Below, one piece after another: positions 10,877-21,575 of a stretch of DNA of 64,000 nucleotides. This DNA comes from Methanotrichaceae archaeon. Its GTDB lineage: Archaea; Halobacteriota; Methanosarcinia; Methanotrichales; Methanotrichaceae. Location: the NCBI GenBank assembly GCA_963803145.1, contig CAWDLW010000030.1, positions 55,581 through 119,580 of the forward strand, written 5' to 3'. Each line of letters begins with the position of its first letter. Position 1 is the first letter of the stretch. Below the pieces are notes generated by a model that was not told where the DNA came from, made no database searches, and saw only the letters and a program-made list of their open reading frames with translations. Position numbers and translations under genes: made by a program.

Positions 10877-11164
10877 TTACCGCCTTGGCCACCACGGAGC
10901 ATCTAGCAAGATATCATTCGCCTTCTCTCTAAGTTGTGAGACTGCCGTGTTATCATCATGTAATTGCCGACAAAGCTTTTCATAGTTTGTAAAATGATGC
11001 CGCCCATAGCTGAGTAACTGCTGAATTGAAGGGCGTGGGGTGTTGTAGGCCCTAGCAACTTCATTATAGAAATCTCTAGGTGTAGCCGTTATTTTGACAT
11101 GGCGGTTATATGCCCGCCTAAGGGATTTAGAGTTATAAGATGGTTTCACAGGCATGTTTACCAT
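10877..11164 (-). CDS. Hypothetical protein
   Basis: 95-aa ATG-initiated ORF next to tRNA-Leu; no recognised motif. Confidence 0.35.
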   Translation of the reverse strand: MVNMPVKPSYNSKSLRRAYNRHVKITATPRDFYNEVARAYNTPRPSIQQLLSYGRHHFTNYEKLCRQLHDDNTAVSQLREKANDILLDAPWWPRR

Positions 11165-11312
11165 TCTTCTTAATTAGCCGCCTTGGAGATACCAGGATCA
11201 TAAAGGTTCTTATAGCCTTAACCCCAAGTGTGAGAATAAAAATTGGGCCCTATTTACTAGTAACCACTTTAGGAAGTTATCAATAAAAATCGGCGTGCAG
11301 TGACTTGGTTTA

Positions 11313-11397
11313 TGCGGGGGATGGGATTCGAACCCACGAATGTCTACACAACTGGACCCTGAATCCAGCGCCTTTGACCTGGCTTGGCAACCCCCGC
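11313..11397 (-). tRNA. tRNA-Leu(CAG)
   Basis: GCGGGGG/CCCCCGC acceptor, CTGGA-TT-CAG-GG-TCCAG anticodon arm, long variable arm, GGTTCGAATCC. Confidence 0.97.
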
Positions 11398-11510
11398 AAT
11401 GAGGCAGGCTTTTTCTTGTGCTTGTACTATTTAACTGTATTCGTTCCGTATCCGCTTACTGAATTTGTTCGCCGCTAACCATTAACTGCTTTCAACGGCA
11501 GATACGCATG

Positions 11511-11984
11511 CTACAGTAACTCACCAGCCGCCTCGGATTTCGTCGTCTCCTCCAGCTCGAAGGATACGCCCCGTCGCCTCAGCTCCGCAGTGAAAACCTC
11601 CATGAATACGCCTGTTCCGGAAACGTGCTCATGCTCTGCCGCTCGTACCCTTCCTCCAGAGTAGCCGATAGTAGTAGTATTATTTCCGCAGCTCGGGCTT
11701 CCGCTTACGCCGACTATTCTTAGACTATAGCCCTTTGATGCAAACATCTCCATAAGGTCTGCGTAAGGCTCTAGTAACCGCCCGCAGAAGCGTCTGAACT
11801 CAGGAACATCAAGCTGATTCCTTGTGACCGCCCACCTATCCAGCCCAAGGTAGATCGCCTCCGGGCAGGGAAGCTGTATCAATGGCCCAGAGGGCATAAA
11901 ACATAGAGGCCCGATGCCCTTCACCCTTGTGCAGGGGTTCAGGATGCAGTGGGCTACGACTGTGATTTCTTTTCCTTCAGCCAT
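11511..11984 (-). CDS. DUF523 / TudS-related Fe-S protein
   Basis: VAHCILN, QLPCPE, GSPSCG, G.GVF motifs. Confidence 0.8.
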   Translation of the reverse strand: MAEGKEITVVAHCILNPCTRVKGIGPLCFMPSGPLIQLPCPEAIYLGLDRWAVTRNQLDVPEFRRFCGRLLEPYADLMEMFASKGYSLRIVGVSGSPSCGNNTTTIGYSGGRVRAAEHEHVSGTGVFMEVFTAELRRRGVSFELEETTKSEAAGELL

Positions 11985-12400
11985 TGCTTGACATATTGGT
12001 AAAACTTGATGCCGTCAGTTTCCTCGTAGAAGATTATCTTCTCAGTCCCATTCATGGCCTTCAGCTCGAGTGTGTTCGAGTGGAACTCCTTAAGGTACTC
12101 GACATCATCGACATTCTCCAAGGGCACAGTCCTGACCTGATCCCAGAACATTGCGGGCCTGATGAAATGCACATTCTTCCTTGTGACAACAAGATAGCCG
12201 AAGATCCTGTCCATCATTCCCATCCTGACCATTGCCAGCATCCGGTCAGTGGCATACCTCTCAAGGATAGCAGGGAAGATAAAAAGGGGCTCTTCGCCAA
12301 CGGACGCCAGCTTCTTCAGGGCTCTCTTCAGCTTCTTAGGTGCATTGGGTGCATTAGGTGCATTCGATGTATCCGCATTAGGTGCTTCTGATGTATCCAT
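11954..12400 (-). CDS. Hypothetical protein, PH-like domain with APN-repeat N-terminus
   Basis: GYLVVT..VHF..VPLENVDDVEY pattern; last-but-one gene of the fwd-purP run. Confidence 0.6.
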   Translation of the reverse strand: MDTSEAPNADTSNAPNAPNAPKKLKRALKKLASVGEEPLFIFPAILERYATDRMLAMVRMGMMDRIFGYLVVTRKNVHFIRPAMFWDQVRTVPLENVDDVEYLKEFHSNTLELKAMNGTEKIIFYEETDGIKFYQYVKQWLKEKKSQS

Positions 12401-12411
12401 CTTCGGGTTAC

Positions 12412-13554
12412 TCAGGTTACTATCTTGTCCAGAGCATCGTTTTCAAGAGCTATCCTGACCTCGCGGGCGACTCTGCGGCCTGTGGACATATTCGTCCTCC
12501 AGAGGGAATTTCCATATGGATGACCGACAGCCATATGCACATTCGTTCCGCCGCCGATTCTAGGAGCTACGTCGTAGATGTAGAAGTTTAGGTCCTTATC
12601 TACACAGGTCTGTAGGCAGAAGGGCCCGATAATTCCAGGCGTATAATACTCCTGCGTCGTGGCTACGTACTTCTCTGCGAGCTCAAATGCCTTCTCAAGC
12701 AATGACTCGCGAAGAGTTGCAGAGTTATGGCCGCAGACTGTATACTCCGGATTGATCTGCTTCTCATTCAGCGTAAGCTGCTGAGGCGCAGGAAGGCGGA
12801 CATGCCCGTCAAGGCTCGTCTCAAAGCGCCAATCGATTCCAAGAAGCTCTATCCTCTCGGTTATTGGGGAGTAGAAGAAGTCGAGGTTGAAGACAGGTCC
12901 GATTATGTAGCGCTCAATTCTCGCAAGCTCAAGGCCGTCTTGGTCTATGACCCCTTGTCTCAGCAAAAGGTCGGATTTCAGACAGTACTCCTCATATGAT
13001 GCCGCTGTGAAAAATCCTCTTTCAAGCGTCTTGACCGCATGAGGAAGCTTGACCATGACGAGCTGATCAATCTCATCTGGCTCAATCTGCTCAGGATAAG
13101 GAAGGCCCGCCTTCTCAAGGAGCCAGTAATAATCCCTTTTATCCCCTCTTTCCTCAGATCGAAGCAAGTTTCTCGATCCTAGAAGGGGAACCATAAACTG
13201 ATCCTCCACAGCATCTATGCCGCAGTATGATGTGAAAGATCTATTCGGAACGAAAAGCATGTTCTTTGATCTGAGGAGTCCCTGGTTCTCAGAGTCCATT
13301 ATATCCGCGAATTTTCTAAGCGTCAGGACTTCATCTATCATGCCTGTGGCAACTTTTCCATTTATGCGATCTGCCCTGAAGTACTTCGCATAGGGCTTCT
13401 CTCGCCCCTCCTGGCAGATTGCAAATGTTTTGAAACCTTCCTCAACTGCACCATCGGCAGTATCAAGCGCCGAGTGGGACGCAATCATCCCGATTCGCAG
13501 TTCACTGAGGTCGTATTCCTCAAGGACCTCCTTAATCTTGCTGCGATCGATCAA
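12412..13554 (-). CDS. purP: PurP-family formate--AICAR ligase (ATP-grasp)
   Basis: ASHSALD..DGA..EGF, FVPNRSF, ERGFF, GPFCLQ, DVAPRIGGGTN. Confidence 0.9.
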   Translation of the reverse strand: MIDRSKIKEVLEEYDLSELRIGMIASHSALDTADGAVEEGFKTFAICQEGREKPYAKYFRADRINGKVATGMIDEVLTLRKFADIMDSENQGLLRSKNMLFVPNRSFTSYCGIDAVEDQFMVPLLGSRNLLRSEERGDKRDYYWLLEKAGLPYPEQIEPDEIDQLVMVKLPHAVKTLERGFFTAASYEEYCLKSDLLLRQGVIDQDGLELARIERYIIGPVFNLDFFYSPITERIELLGIDWRFETSLDGHVRLPAPQQLTLNEKQINPEYTVCGHNSATLRESLLEKAFELAEKYVATTQEYYTPGIIGPFCLQTCVDKDLNFYIYDVAPRIGGGTNVHMAVGHPYGNSLWRTNMSTGRRVAREVRIALENDALDKIVT

Positions 13555-13618
13555 TCAAAGCACCTCAAAATAATTATGTTGATCTGTCATATCTACATCC
13601 TAATTAAGATGACCATTG

Positions 13619-14383
13619 TTACCCCAAGGAAACAAATAATTCCCCTTTACCATTCTCAACCAGATCGCCGATATATTTCTGATGATCCACCCCATCAAGC
13701 TTGACGACATCAGCCTTCTGGAAGCTTGGAAGCACCTTTGTTTTACCCCGCACAGTTATCGTTCCCTTCGTCATCTCTGCACCCGGAAGGTAGGTGCTCC
13801 CACCGATAAATATTGTGCCACCCTGATTCGCAGCACCGGGAAAATCATCGACGTTTCCATCCACATGAATGCTGCCACCACACATATGTTCGCCCAGGTA
13901 TGCGCCAGCATTTCCACCTATTTGGATTTCTCCACCACGCATGCCACACTTCTCGCCCCTATAGCCAGAGCCCGCATAGTTTCCCGCATTCCCTAACACT
14001 GCAATCTTTCCGCCGCGCATCTCTCGCCCGAGCCAATCATCTGCGTTCCCACCTATTTGCAGCAGACCGCCCTTCATATTGTTGCCGGCATGCATGCCTA
14101 CGCTGTCTGCTACATCTATTGTGCCGGCGGACATGCCCTCGCCTATCCGCTTTACCTTGGAGAAATCGCCCTCCAAACGGATCAGAGTATCCTCGGGCAA
14201 TGTTGCATCTTCGTCTCCACCCGCCTTAAAAAGGTCCGAGAGCTTATGTTTGCGATTGCCCTGCCAGACATCGAGGTCTCTTATCTGGCCCAGGGTTATG
14301 CTCGCGAGCTTATCAGGCGATATATTCTCGGCCTCGACCGAGATATCGAAAACCTTTAGGGGGCTGATAATAATAGTCCTCAT
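13619..14383 (-). CDS. fwdC: Formylmethanofuran dehydrogenase subunit C
   Basis: KRIGEGM and repeated G..M.GG.I.I.GNA beta-helix, GYRGEKCGMRGG. Confidence 0.95.
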   Translation of the reverse strand: MRTIIISPLKVFDISVEAENISPDKLASITLGQIRDLDVWQGNRKHKLSDLFKAGGDEDATLPEDTLIRLEGDFSKVKRIGEGMSAGTIDVADSVGMHAGNNMKGGLLQIGGNADDWLGREMRGGKIAVLGNAGNYAGSGYRGEKCGMRGGEIQIGGNAGAYLGEHMCGGSIHVDGNVDDFPGAANQGGTIFIGGSTYLPGAEMTKGTITVRGKTKVLPSFQKADVVKLDGVDHQKYIGDLVENGKGELFVSLG

Positions 14384-16105
14384 CTAGGCAACCTCCCTCA
14401 CAGCCCCTATGCCTGTCTCCTGCATGCCCGCCTTTATCACTATTGGATTAGGAACATAGGCATCCTGGACCATATAATTCGACAGCTTTACGCTGTAATA
14501 CCTCTCGAACTTCTCCTTGAGATCTGCCATAACCCTATCCATGTCCACTTTCGGCACTGATGCATCCACCCAATATGTTCTACCCTCTGGCGTTGCCAAT
14601 ATTTCGCCACCCTTCGAAACAACAACTCCGCCTTTTATGGTGTACTTTGCCTTTGCCAGAGCCTTCTTCACAAGCTGGTGATCCTTGCTCGTATCGACCT
14701 CTTCCGGCTTTATGTCGTAGATCGAGATGTCTGCGTCGGCTCCAATTCCTAGGTGCCCTTTATCACCCAACCCCAAGATACGCGCAGGTGCGGCCCGCGT
14801 CATGATGGCTATATCATTCCAATCCAGCTCACGCTCAATGCTGGCTATCGTGGATTTTTTGGCTGCCATCTCATGCTGTGTGGCAAGCTCCTCTGCTCTC
14901 TTGGATTTGCTCATGAGCAGAGCGATGACCTCTGGGTAGTTGACGAAGGGGCTCCCGTTGGGGTGATCTGTCGTCATGATCACTTTCCAGGGGTCCTTTG
15001 TGAGAAGAGCGAGCTCAAGGCCAGCCGCCCACTGTACATCGTTGACGATGTTCTTTCTGAAGTAAACCCAAGGCACTACACCGCTTGATTCCTCGAGCTC
15101 AATATCGTGGTTAGACCACTTCGCATGAGCCAGCCTCGCATTGCCATACTCCAGTGGAGCATCTGCAGTCATTGTAGTGGCAGATCCGAAGAGCACCTGG
15201 CCCAAGTCCATAGTAGCATGATTATTTTTATTGAAGTAGTCGGCAATCACGGGAGCCTTGGATTCGAAGTCCCTCCAGCTCGTTCCTCCGTAGGATGAGA
15301 ACTGCATGTGCGCTATATGGACCACCTGTCTCATTCTGCTCGGCTTCACGTCCTTAAGAAGCTCCAAAGTCTCTAAAGCGGTGGTATAGTTCCCAGGCTT
15401 TCCTGTATTGTTGAAGTGAAGATGGATTGAGTGCGGCAGGCGAAGCATCTCATTAGCCTCTGCAAGTCCATGGATGATCTCAGCTGGTGTAACATCGAAG
15501 TTGGGCACAGGATCATGTAGCCCTTTCACATTGGCCCCAAAGCCCCATGCTTCGCCCCCTCCTGGATTAACCAGCTTAACCCCATAACCTCTGGATGCCC
15601 TCAGCCCCCAGGCCACATAGGCTGCCAGCTTTGGAATATCCTTATCACGGACGCACTCCATGACCTCCCAGTTACTGCCAAACAAAGTTAATGCGCCCTT
15701 ATCAATTATCGGAATCTCTTCGAGCTCCTCATGAGTATGGCGCGCCTCGAGTATCGGCGTAGCAGCCTCAAAGGCTGTCGTGTAACCCAGTCCAGCATAG
15801 CGATAGCCTATGGCGTAACAGTTAGGAACAGTGTATCCAGTAGATGGCCTACATACAGCTGTTTTGGGCTCAATACCAAGCCTTGAATCGCCAGGGCTCA
15901 TTATCCTGCCTGTGTTCACCTTAGCGCCTGCAATATGAGAATGAGCGTCTACTCCGCCTGGCATGACCAGTAGGCCTCGGGCATCTATCTCTTCCCCTTT
16001 TGTGTCCTCAACGATCCTGCCGGTCTCTATGCAGATGTCCATCTCATCGCCGAAAACGCCGTTTTCAGGATCATAGACCAACCCGCCCCTGATTATCATC
16101 TTCAA
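14384..16105 (-). CDS. fwdA: Formylmethanofuran dehydrogenase subunit A
   Basis: DAHSHIAG, KLVNPGG, PHSIHLH, TTDHPNG amidohydrolase motifs. Confidence 0.96.
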   Translation of the reverse strand: MKMIIRGGLVYDPENGVFGDEMDICIETGRIVEDTKGEEIDARGLLVMPGGVDAHSHIAGAKVNTGRIMSPGDSRLGIEPKTAVCRPSTGYTVPNCYAIGYRYAGLGYTTAFEAATPILEARHTHEELEEIPIIDKGALTLFGSNWEVMECVRDKDIPKLAAYVAWGLRASRGYGVKLVNPGGGEAWGFGANVKGLHDPVPNFDVTPAEIIHGLAEANEMLRLPHSIHLHFNNTGKPGNYTTALETLELLKDVKPSRMRQVVHIAHMQFSSYGGTSWRDFESKAPVIADYFNKNNHATMDLGQVLFGSATTMTADAPLEYGNARLAHAKWSNHDIELEESSGVVPWVYFRKNIVNDVQWAAGLELALLTKDPWKVIMTTDHPNGSPFVNYPEVIALLMSKSKRAEELATQHEMAAKKSTIASIERELDWNDIAIMTRAAPARILGLGDKGHLGIGADADISIYDIKPEEVDTSKDHQLVKKALAKAKYTIKGGVVVSKGGEILATPEGRTYWVDASVPKVDMDRVMADLKEKFERYYSVKLSNYMVQDAYVPNPIVIKAGMQETGIGAVREVA

Positions 16106-17409
16106 GCCTCCTTGCTAGCGACAGTTCCGCGCCTTCTCTTCACGCTCTCTAAGATATTGTTTAAAATCAACTCATCGCTCGGATAGCTTGAATCCACAAG
16201 CTTCCTCATTCTCAGCGAAACGCCATCCATACGATATGCGGTCCCCTCGGCCTCAATACCTGCGACTGCGCTGGGTATGACGACCTCTGCGAACATTGTT
16301 GTGGGATTTTCATATGGATCGATCTGGATTACAGGTATCTTTGCCAGGTAATCAACAATCGATCTAGGAAAGTTGGATGCGGGATCCGCAGCTATGATCA
16401 GGGCTGCATCTGCATCTTGTCTTGCCAAAACATCACATGCGGCTGTCTCTCCCGGATTGAAATAGGGCATGCCGCGCGAGTAGTCGATTGACATGGGGAA
16501 GCCCGATGACCATGCCATGACCTGGCCCATCCCTGTCACGTTGTAATGGCCACGCATCGGCATCACCACAAACTTCGTGTGGGCGTTAAGCTCAGCGACA
16601 AAAGAGAGAGCATTATCTATGTTCTTGTACCGCCCTCGCGAATGAGTCATCCCGAGGCCGAAGAAGAACGCCCCAAATTTTGCCGATTTAAGCAGATCAA
16701 TAAGCGATGCAAGCTCAGTCTTGGGCACGCCTTCCACGTCATCAGGCACTGCATCTCCCTTTCCAGCAAGGATCATTCTCAAGGCGGATATGACCTCATA
16801 ATCGGTTCCCGGCTTTATGAGAATAAATTTGTCGGCATTCTTAGCAGTTCTCGTTTCTCGGACATCTACTACCACTACCTTTCGACCCTTCCTCCCAGCA
16901 GGCGTAAACATGCCGGAGACATTGGACGAATATCGCAAGCTGTGCCTGGGATGAGCCTCGGCGGGGTTGCAGCCCCAGAAAACTATCAGATCTGCACGAT
17001 TTTTGACCTGGCCAAGAGTTGCACCCGCCATTCCCTTCTCCTCAATGCCCATAACCGAAGGACCATGGCAGACTGTGGCAGTCGAATCCAAGACGCCGCC
17101 CACTTCTTCAGCGAGCAAGACGCCCTTCTTCTGGGCCTCACAGACTGTCGATGCCCAGCCATAGAGAAGAGGATGTTTTGCACATATCAGAATGTCTGCA
17201 GCGCGGTCATATGCCTCCTGGTAGCTTACCTCCGTGAGCTCACCATCCTTTCGTATCATTGGCGTCTCGATCCTGTCGTGCCCCATAATTTTGCTGGCTC
17301 CGAGACGACAGGCATGCCTCACGCGCTTTACTTTGCCATCCTCAATATCCACCAACAGATCATCACATAGGCAGCCGCAGAAAGAGCAGACCACATCCTC
17401 GGCAATCAT
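16102..17409 (-). CDS. fwdB: Formylmethanofuran dehydrogenase subunit B (Cys form)
   Basis: CSFCGCLCDD, TATVCHGPS, KNRAD..WGCNP..AHPRH, PMRGHYNV, GTAYRMD. Confidence 0.96.
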   Translation of the reverse strand: MIAEDVVCSFCGCLCDDLLVDIEDGKVKRVRHACRLGASKIMGHDRIETPMIRKDGELTEVSYQEAYDRAADILICAKHPLLYGWASTVCEAQKKGVLLAEEVGGVLDSTATVCHGPSVMGIEEKGMAGATLGQVKNRADLIVFWGCNPAEAHPRHSLRYSSNVSGMFTPAGRKGRKVVVVDVRETRTAKNADKFILIKPGTDYEVISALRMILAGKGDAVPDDVEGVPKTELASLIDLLKSAKFGAFFFGLGMTHSRGRYKNIDNALSFVAELNAHTKFVVMPMRGHYNVTGMGQVMAWSSGFPMSIDYSRGMPYFNPGETAACDVLARQDADAALIIAADPASNFPRSIVDYLAKIPVIQIDPYENPTTMFAEVVIPSAVAGIEAEGTAYRMDGVSLRMRKLVDSSYPSDELILNNILESVKRRRGTVASKEA

Positions 17410-17789
17410 GAGTTCGACCTCCGGATATTTTTAAACAGCTCACGCTCTGTGAGGACCGGCTTATCAGTAGCCTCTACATCAACCTCAACGCCTTTATAAT
17501 GCGGCGTGCCGCAGCCCCCCGTATCAGGCCCCACGACGACATTTGCCCAAGGGCCCATGGGTATGAATATAATTCCTGACGGCAGACCGGGATCCACACG
17601 GCCTGAGAGAACAACCTGACCGGACCTGTTTTTAATTAGAACATTTTCTCCGTCTGTTAGCCCCAGAGAGCTGTAATCCTTCTCGGACAGCAAGCAAGTC
17701 GAGACCGCTTTGAAGAATTCATCAGACTTCTTGCATTCACAGCTCGCACCTTGCGCCAGAGTGCGCCCTGAGATCATGACCGCCTTCAA
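17406..17789 (-). CDS. fwdD: Formylmethanofuran dehydrogenase subunit D
   Basis: SGRTLAQG, FIPMGPWAN, T.GCGTP.YKG. Confidence 0.93.
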   Translation of the reverse strand: MKAVMISGRTLAQGASCECKKSDEFFKAVSTCLLSEKDYSSLGLTDGENVLIKNRSGQVVLSGRVDPGLPSGIIFIPMGPWANVVVGPDTGGCGTPHYKGVEVDVEATDKPVLTERELFKNIRRSNS

Positions 17790-17977
17790 ATCGAACCACC
17801 TAATATTCCCATTTCCATAAGCTTTTCAATGCTAAAAAGTGAGCGGTAGTTGACGTGCATATTGATATAGTTTCCAAGTAAGTCGCTATGTTTGCATTAA
17901 TTCAACTAAGTAAGTCTCTATGTTTGGATTAATTTAATATACTTCCATCTCATTGGGTGAGAATTCACCTGTTGGAG

Positions 17978-18481
17978 ATGAACATTTTGACTGGGAGAGC
18001 TTGGAAATTCGGGGATGATATAGACACAGATGCAATCATACCTGGCCGTTATCTTGTTATCAACGACCCAACAGAGCTTGCGCAGCACCTCTTCGAGGGA
18101 CTGCGACCTGAGATGACCGTTCAAGTACGTGAGGGCGATTTTGTCGTTGCAGGCGATAACTTCGGGTGCGGCTCATCAAGAGAGCATGCACCTCTGGCAC
18201 TAAAAGGTGCAGGCATATCGGCCATCGTGGCAAAATCATTTGCCAGGATATTCTTCAGAAACGCGATAAACATTGGCCTACCCCTGTTCATCTGCTCTGA
18301 TGTAGATAGGATAAAAGACGGCGACCCCTTGGAGATAGACATGGCCAACGGTGTAATATACAACCTCTCCAGTGGCGAATCTTATAAGACATCGCCCCTT
18401 CCTCAGTTCCTGATGGAGATCGTAGAGGTGGGCGGACTCATAGAGTATACGAAGAGACTGGTCGTAAGGGTGTTGGGATGA
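17978..18481 (+). CDS. leuD: 3-isopropylmalate/homoaconitate dehydratase small subunit
   Basis: [39 protein letters not shown]. Confidence 0.88.
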   Translation: MNILTGRAWKFGDDIDTDAIIPGRYLVINDPTELAQHLFEGLRPEMTVQVREGDFVVAGDNFGCGSSREHAPLALKGAGISAIVAKSFARIFFRNAINIGLPLFICSDVDRIKDGDPLEIDMANGVIYNLSSGESYKTSPLPQFLMEIVEVGGLIEYTKRLVVRVLG

Positions 18482-19602
18482 ACTATAAAGTGCCAGTTGT
18501 TCCAGGCGATGGCATAGGACCTGAAATAATAGCTGAGGGTAGACGGGTCCTCGAAGCTGCTTCAGACAAGCATGGCTTCTCAATTGACTGGATAGAATTT
18601 CCCCTGGGAGCAGAGCATTATCTTAAAACAGGGGAGCTTGTGAGCGAAGAGACTCTCAAAGAGCTTGGCAAATATAAGGCCATTTACCTTGGAGCAATAG
18701 GCGATCCAAGGGTTAAGCCGGGCATACTTGAAAAGGGCGTACTTTTAGCGATGAGGTTCTACTTCGATCAGTATGTGAACCTCCGTCCTGTGAAGCTTCT
18801 GGAAGGCGTCTGGACTCCACTGAAGGATAAGGGACCGAAAGATATTGATTTTGTTGTAGTGAGAGAAAATACAGAGGACTTCTACATCGGCATAGGCAGC
18901 CGCGCAAAAGCTGGACATAGCCACGCAGATTTTGAGGTCATTCGTGCGCTCTATAACATAAAGTTCGGCTTGGATGTAGATTCTGATAGCGAGGAGATAG
19001 GCTATCAGATTGGCGAAGTGAGCAAAGAAGGATGCCACCGGGTAATAAAATACGCATTTGATCTGGCTATGAAGCGGAGAAAACAGGTTTCAAGCGTCGA
19101 TAAGGCAAATGTCCTCAGCGATATCTACGGCTTCTGGAGGGAGATCTTTACAGAGGTCGCGCATACTTACCCGTCAGTCAAGACAGACTTCAACTTTGTT
19201 GATGCCATAACTATGTGGTTCGTCAAAAATCCCGAATGGTTCGACGTCGTAGTAGCGCCGAACATGTTTGGCGATATCATAACAGACCTCGGTGCCATGA
19301 TCCAAGGCGGTCTTGGGCTCGCGCCCGGCGCAAATCTGAACCCAGAGGGGACAAGCATGTTTGAGCCCATTCATGGGAGCGCACCAAAGTATAAAGGCAT
19401 GAATAAGGTCAATCCGATAGCAACCATCTGGGCAGGGGCACTGCTTCTTGATCACCTGGGCGAGCAAGAGGCTGCCGAAGATATAGTGAAGGCAATCGAA
19501 AGGAATTTATTTGAAGGAAGAATTAGAACCTACGATCTTGGAGGAGGCTCGACAACATCGGAGGTGGGGACTGAGATCGCCAGGCTGGTCGGGAGTATCT
19601 GA
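18478..19602 (+). CDS. leuB: 3-isopropylmalate (isocitrate/isopropylmalate family) dehydrogenase
   Basis: [35 protein letters not shown]; coupled to leuD. Confidence 0.85.
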   Translation: MNYKVPVVPGDGIGPEIIAEGRRVLEAASDKHGFSIDWIEFPLGAEHYLKTGELVSEETLKELGKYKAIYLGAIGDPRVKPGILEKGVLLAMRFYFDQYVNLRPVKLLEGVWTPLKDKGPKDIDFVVVRENTEDFYIGIGSRAKAGHSHADFEVIRALYNIKFGLDVDSDSEEIGYQIGEVSKEGCHRVIKYAFDLAMKRRKQVSSVDKANVLSDIYGFWREIFTEVAHTYPSVKTDFNFVDAITMWFVKNPEWFDVVVAPNMFGDIITDLGAMIQGGLGLAPGANLNPEGTSMFEPIHGSAPKYKGMNKVNPIATIWAGALLLDHLGEQEAAEDIVKAIERNLFEGRIRTYDLGGGSTTSEVGTEIARLVGSI

Positions 19603-19692
19603 CTCCCTTCAAGGGAAAAAGTTTTATGCCGGAGGATTTCATTTCTCACATAGTGCAGTTAAAAAGGCTTAAGGCATGTGCCTGCATCATGG

Positions 19693-19783
19693 GGGCTTGT
19701 AGCTCAGTTAGGCAGAGCGTCTGGCTTTTAAATTTTCGTATGAAGATACCAGGTGGCCGAGGGTTCAAATCCCTTCAAGCCCG
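19693..19783 (+). tRNA. tRNA-Lys(TTT) with 17-nt intron (19731-19747)
   Basis: GGGCTTG/CAAGCCC acceptor; TCTGG-CT-TTT-A|intron|A-CCAGG; bulge-helix-bulge with CTTT/GAAG central helix. Confidence 0.95.
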
Positions 19784-19834
19784 CTCGCGGCTCCCTTGAG
19801 CCTTGCTGTTATTTCTCTTAAGAGGTGGCTTAAA

Positions 19835-20074
19835 TTGACAATCAAATTTGCCGTAAAGGATCACGAGCTTGTCCCGGCGCATATTCTGCTCACAATTGAG
19901 GAAAGTGAGAAGATCCTCGGGCTATATGGCATAGAGGCGCCTCAGTTGCCTAAGATCCATGTTGACGATCCTGCTGCCAAGGAGATCAACGCTAAGGTAG
20001 GGGATATAATCAAGATAATCAGGAGAAGTCCGACTGCAACCCAATCAGTCTTTTATAGACTGGTAATAGATTAA
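19835..20074 (+). CDS. rpoH: RNA polymerase subunit H (Rpo5)
   Basis: HELVP.H, LPKI..DDP, IIRRS.TA..YRLVI; TTG start after GAGGTG. Confidence 0.95.
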   Translation: MTIKFAVKDHELVPAHILLTIEESEKILGLYGIEAPQLPKIHVDDPAAKEINAKVGDIIKIIRRSPTATQSVFYRLVID

Positions 20075-20084
20075 AGGTGATCTT

Positions 20085-21575
20085 TTGCTGGATAGGAATA
20101 TTCTTTATAGCGCATACTTTACCAAAGATAAGCTGGTTCACCATCATATCAACTCGTTCAACGAATTTATAGATAGAGGCCTTCAGAAGGTCATAGATGA
20201 AGTTGGCACAATCGAGACAAACATTGAGAACACTTATGTGAAGCTTGGCAAAATCCACGTTGAGAAGCCGGTTGTGCGTGAGGCAGACGGATCAGTAGAG
20301 AGACTATATCCAAATGATGCGCGCCTGCGAAACCTCACTTATGCATCTCCCATAAGGCTTGAGATGATAATAGTTGAGGGTGAAAATGAGAAGGAGCCCG
20401 TGGAAGCCGAGATCGGAACTCTGCCGATAATGCTGATGTCGAAGACCTGCAACTTATACGGCATGTCCTCAGACGAAATGGTCACCTACGGCGAAGACCC
20501 ATTGGACCCTGGCGGCTATTTTGTTGTAAACGGCTCAGAACGCGTGATAATGACGCTTGAAGATCTGGCCCCGAACAAGATTCTTGTCGAGTATAACCAA
20601 AGATACGATGAGTTTATTGAGGTTGCCAAGGTCTTTTCCCAGAGGCAGGGTTATCGTTCGCTAGTGATTGTAGAGCGGGGGCGTCGCTCAATACTGGAGG
20701 TCTCTTTCCCATCTGTATCTGGAAGATTAAACTTCGTGACTCTGCTGAGGGCTCTCGGATTGGAAACTGATATGGATCTAGTCAAGGCTGTTTCTGATAA
20801 CCCCGAAATAATTAAGTTCATGCTTGAGAACCTCGAGGAGTCGGAGGTTGCAACAACAGAAGAGGCCCTTGAGAAGATAGGTACACGAGTGGCAGCAGGC
20901 CAAGCAAAGGAGTACCAGAAGAAGAGAGCTGCCTACATACTTGATCGCTACCTTCTCCCGCATATCGGCGTAGAGGAGACGGACAGGTATGCTAAAGCGC
21001 TGTTCCTTGGAAGGATGGCCGAGGCATGCTTCGAACTCGCCTTGGGCCATAGAGGAGAGGATGATAAGGATCATTACTCGAATAAGAGGCTCAAGCTTTC
21101 CGGCGACCTTATGGAGGATTTGTTCAGAGTGGCCTTCAACAGACTTACAAGAGATATAAAATATCAGCTTGAGAGAGCGAGCATGAGGAACAGGGAGTTG
21201 AATGTTGTAACCACTGTAAGGGCCGATGTCCTGACTGAGAGAATGATCCATCCCTTAGCCACAGGCAACTGGGTCGGTGGCCGAACAGGCGTATCCCAGC
21301 TTCTTGATCGCACTGATTACATGGCAACGCTGTCTCATCTACGCAGGGTAATATCTCCTCTATCCAGATCCCAGCCTCATTTCGAGGCCAGAGATCTGCA
21401 CGCTACACAGTGGGGACGCATATGCCCAAGCGAGACACCAGAGGGGCCTAACTGCGGCCTTGTGAAGAACTTCGCCCAGGCTGTAGAGCTGAGCAAGGGC
21501 GTAGAAGACTATGAGGATATTAAAAAAATGCTTGCAGATATTGGACTGATTCCAGTAGGTGGTAACCTTGGCTGA
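20085..21575 (+). CDS. rpoB2: RNA polymerase subunit B'' (Rpo2N)
   Basis: [37 protein letters not shown]. Confidence 0.97.
   Translation: MLDRNILYSAYFTKDKLVHHHINSFNEFIDRGLQKVIDEVGTIETNIENTYVKLGKIHVEKPVVREADGSVERLYPNDARLRNLTYASPIRLEMIIVEGENEKEPVEAEIGTLPIMLMSKTCNLYGMSSDEMVTYGEDPLDPGGYFVVNGSERVIMTLEDLAPNKILVEYNQRYDEFIEVAKVFSQRQGYRSLVIVERGRRSILEVSFPSVSGRLNFVTLLRALGLETDMDLVKAVSDNPEIIKFMLENLEESEVATTEEALEKIGTRVAAGQAKEYQKKRAAYILDRYLLPHIGVEETDRYAKALFLGRMAEACFELALGHRGEDDKDHYSNKRLKLSGDLMEDLFRVAFNRLTRDIKYQLERASMRNRELNVVTTVRADVLTERMIHPLATGNWVGGRTGVSQLLDRTDYMATLSHLRRVISPLSRSQPHFEARDLHATQWGRICPSETPEGPNCGLVKNFAQAVELSKGVEDYEDIKKMLADIGLIPVGGNLG

Noticed and set aside
12342-12400. Short 9-bp-type repeats here and near 48165-48190 as CRISPR-like arrays
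   Set aside because: In-frame low-complexity coding repeats (APN; DM-x) without spacers; no cas genes in the window
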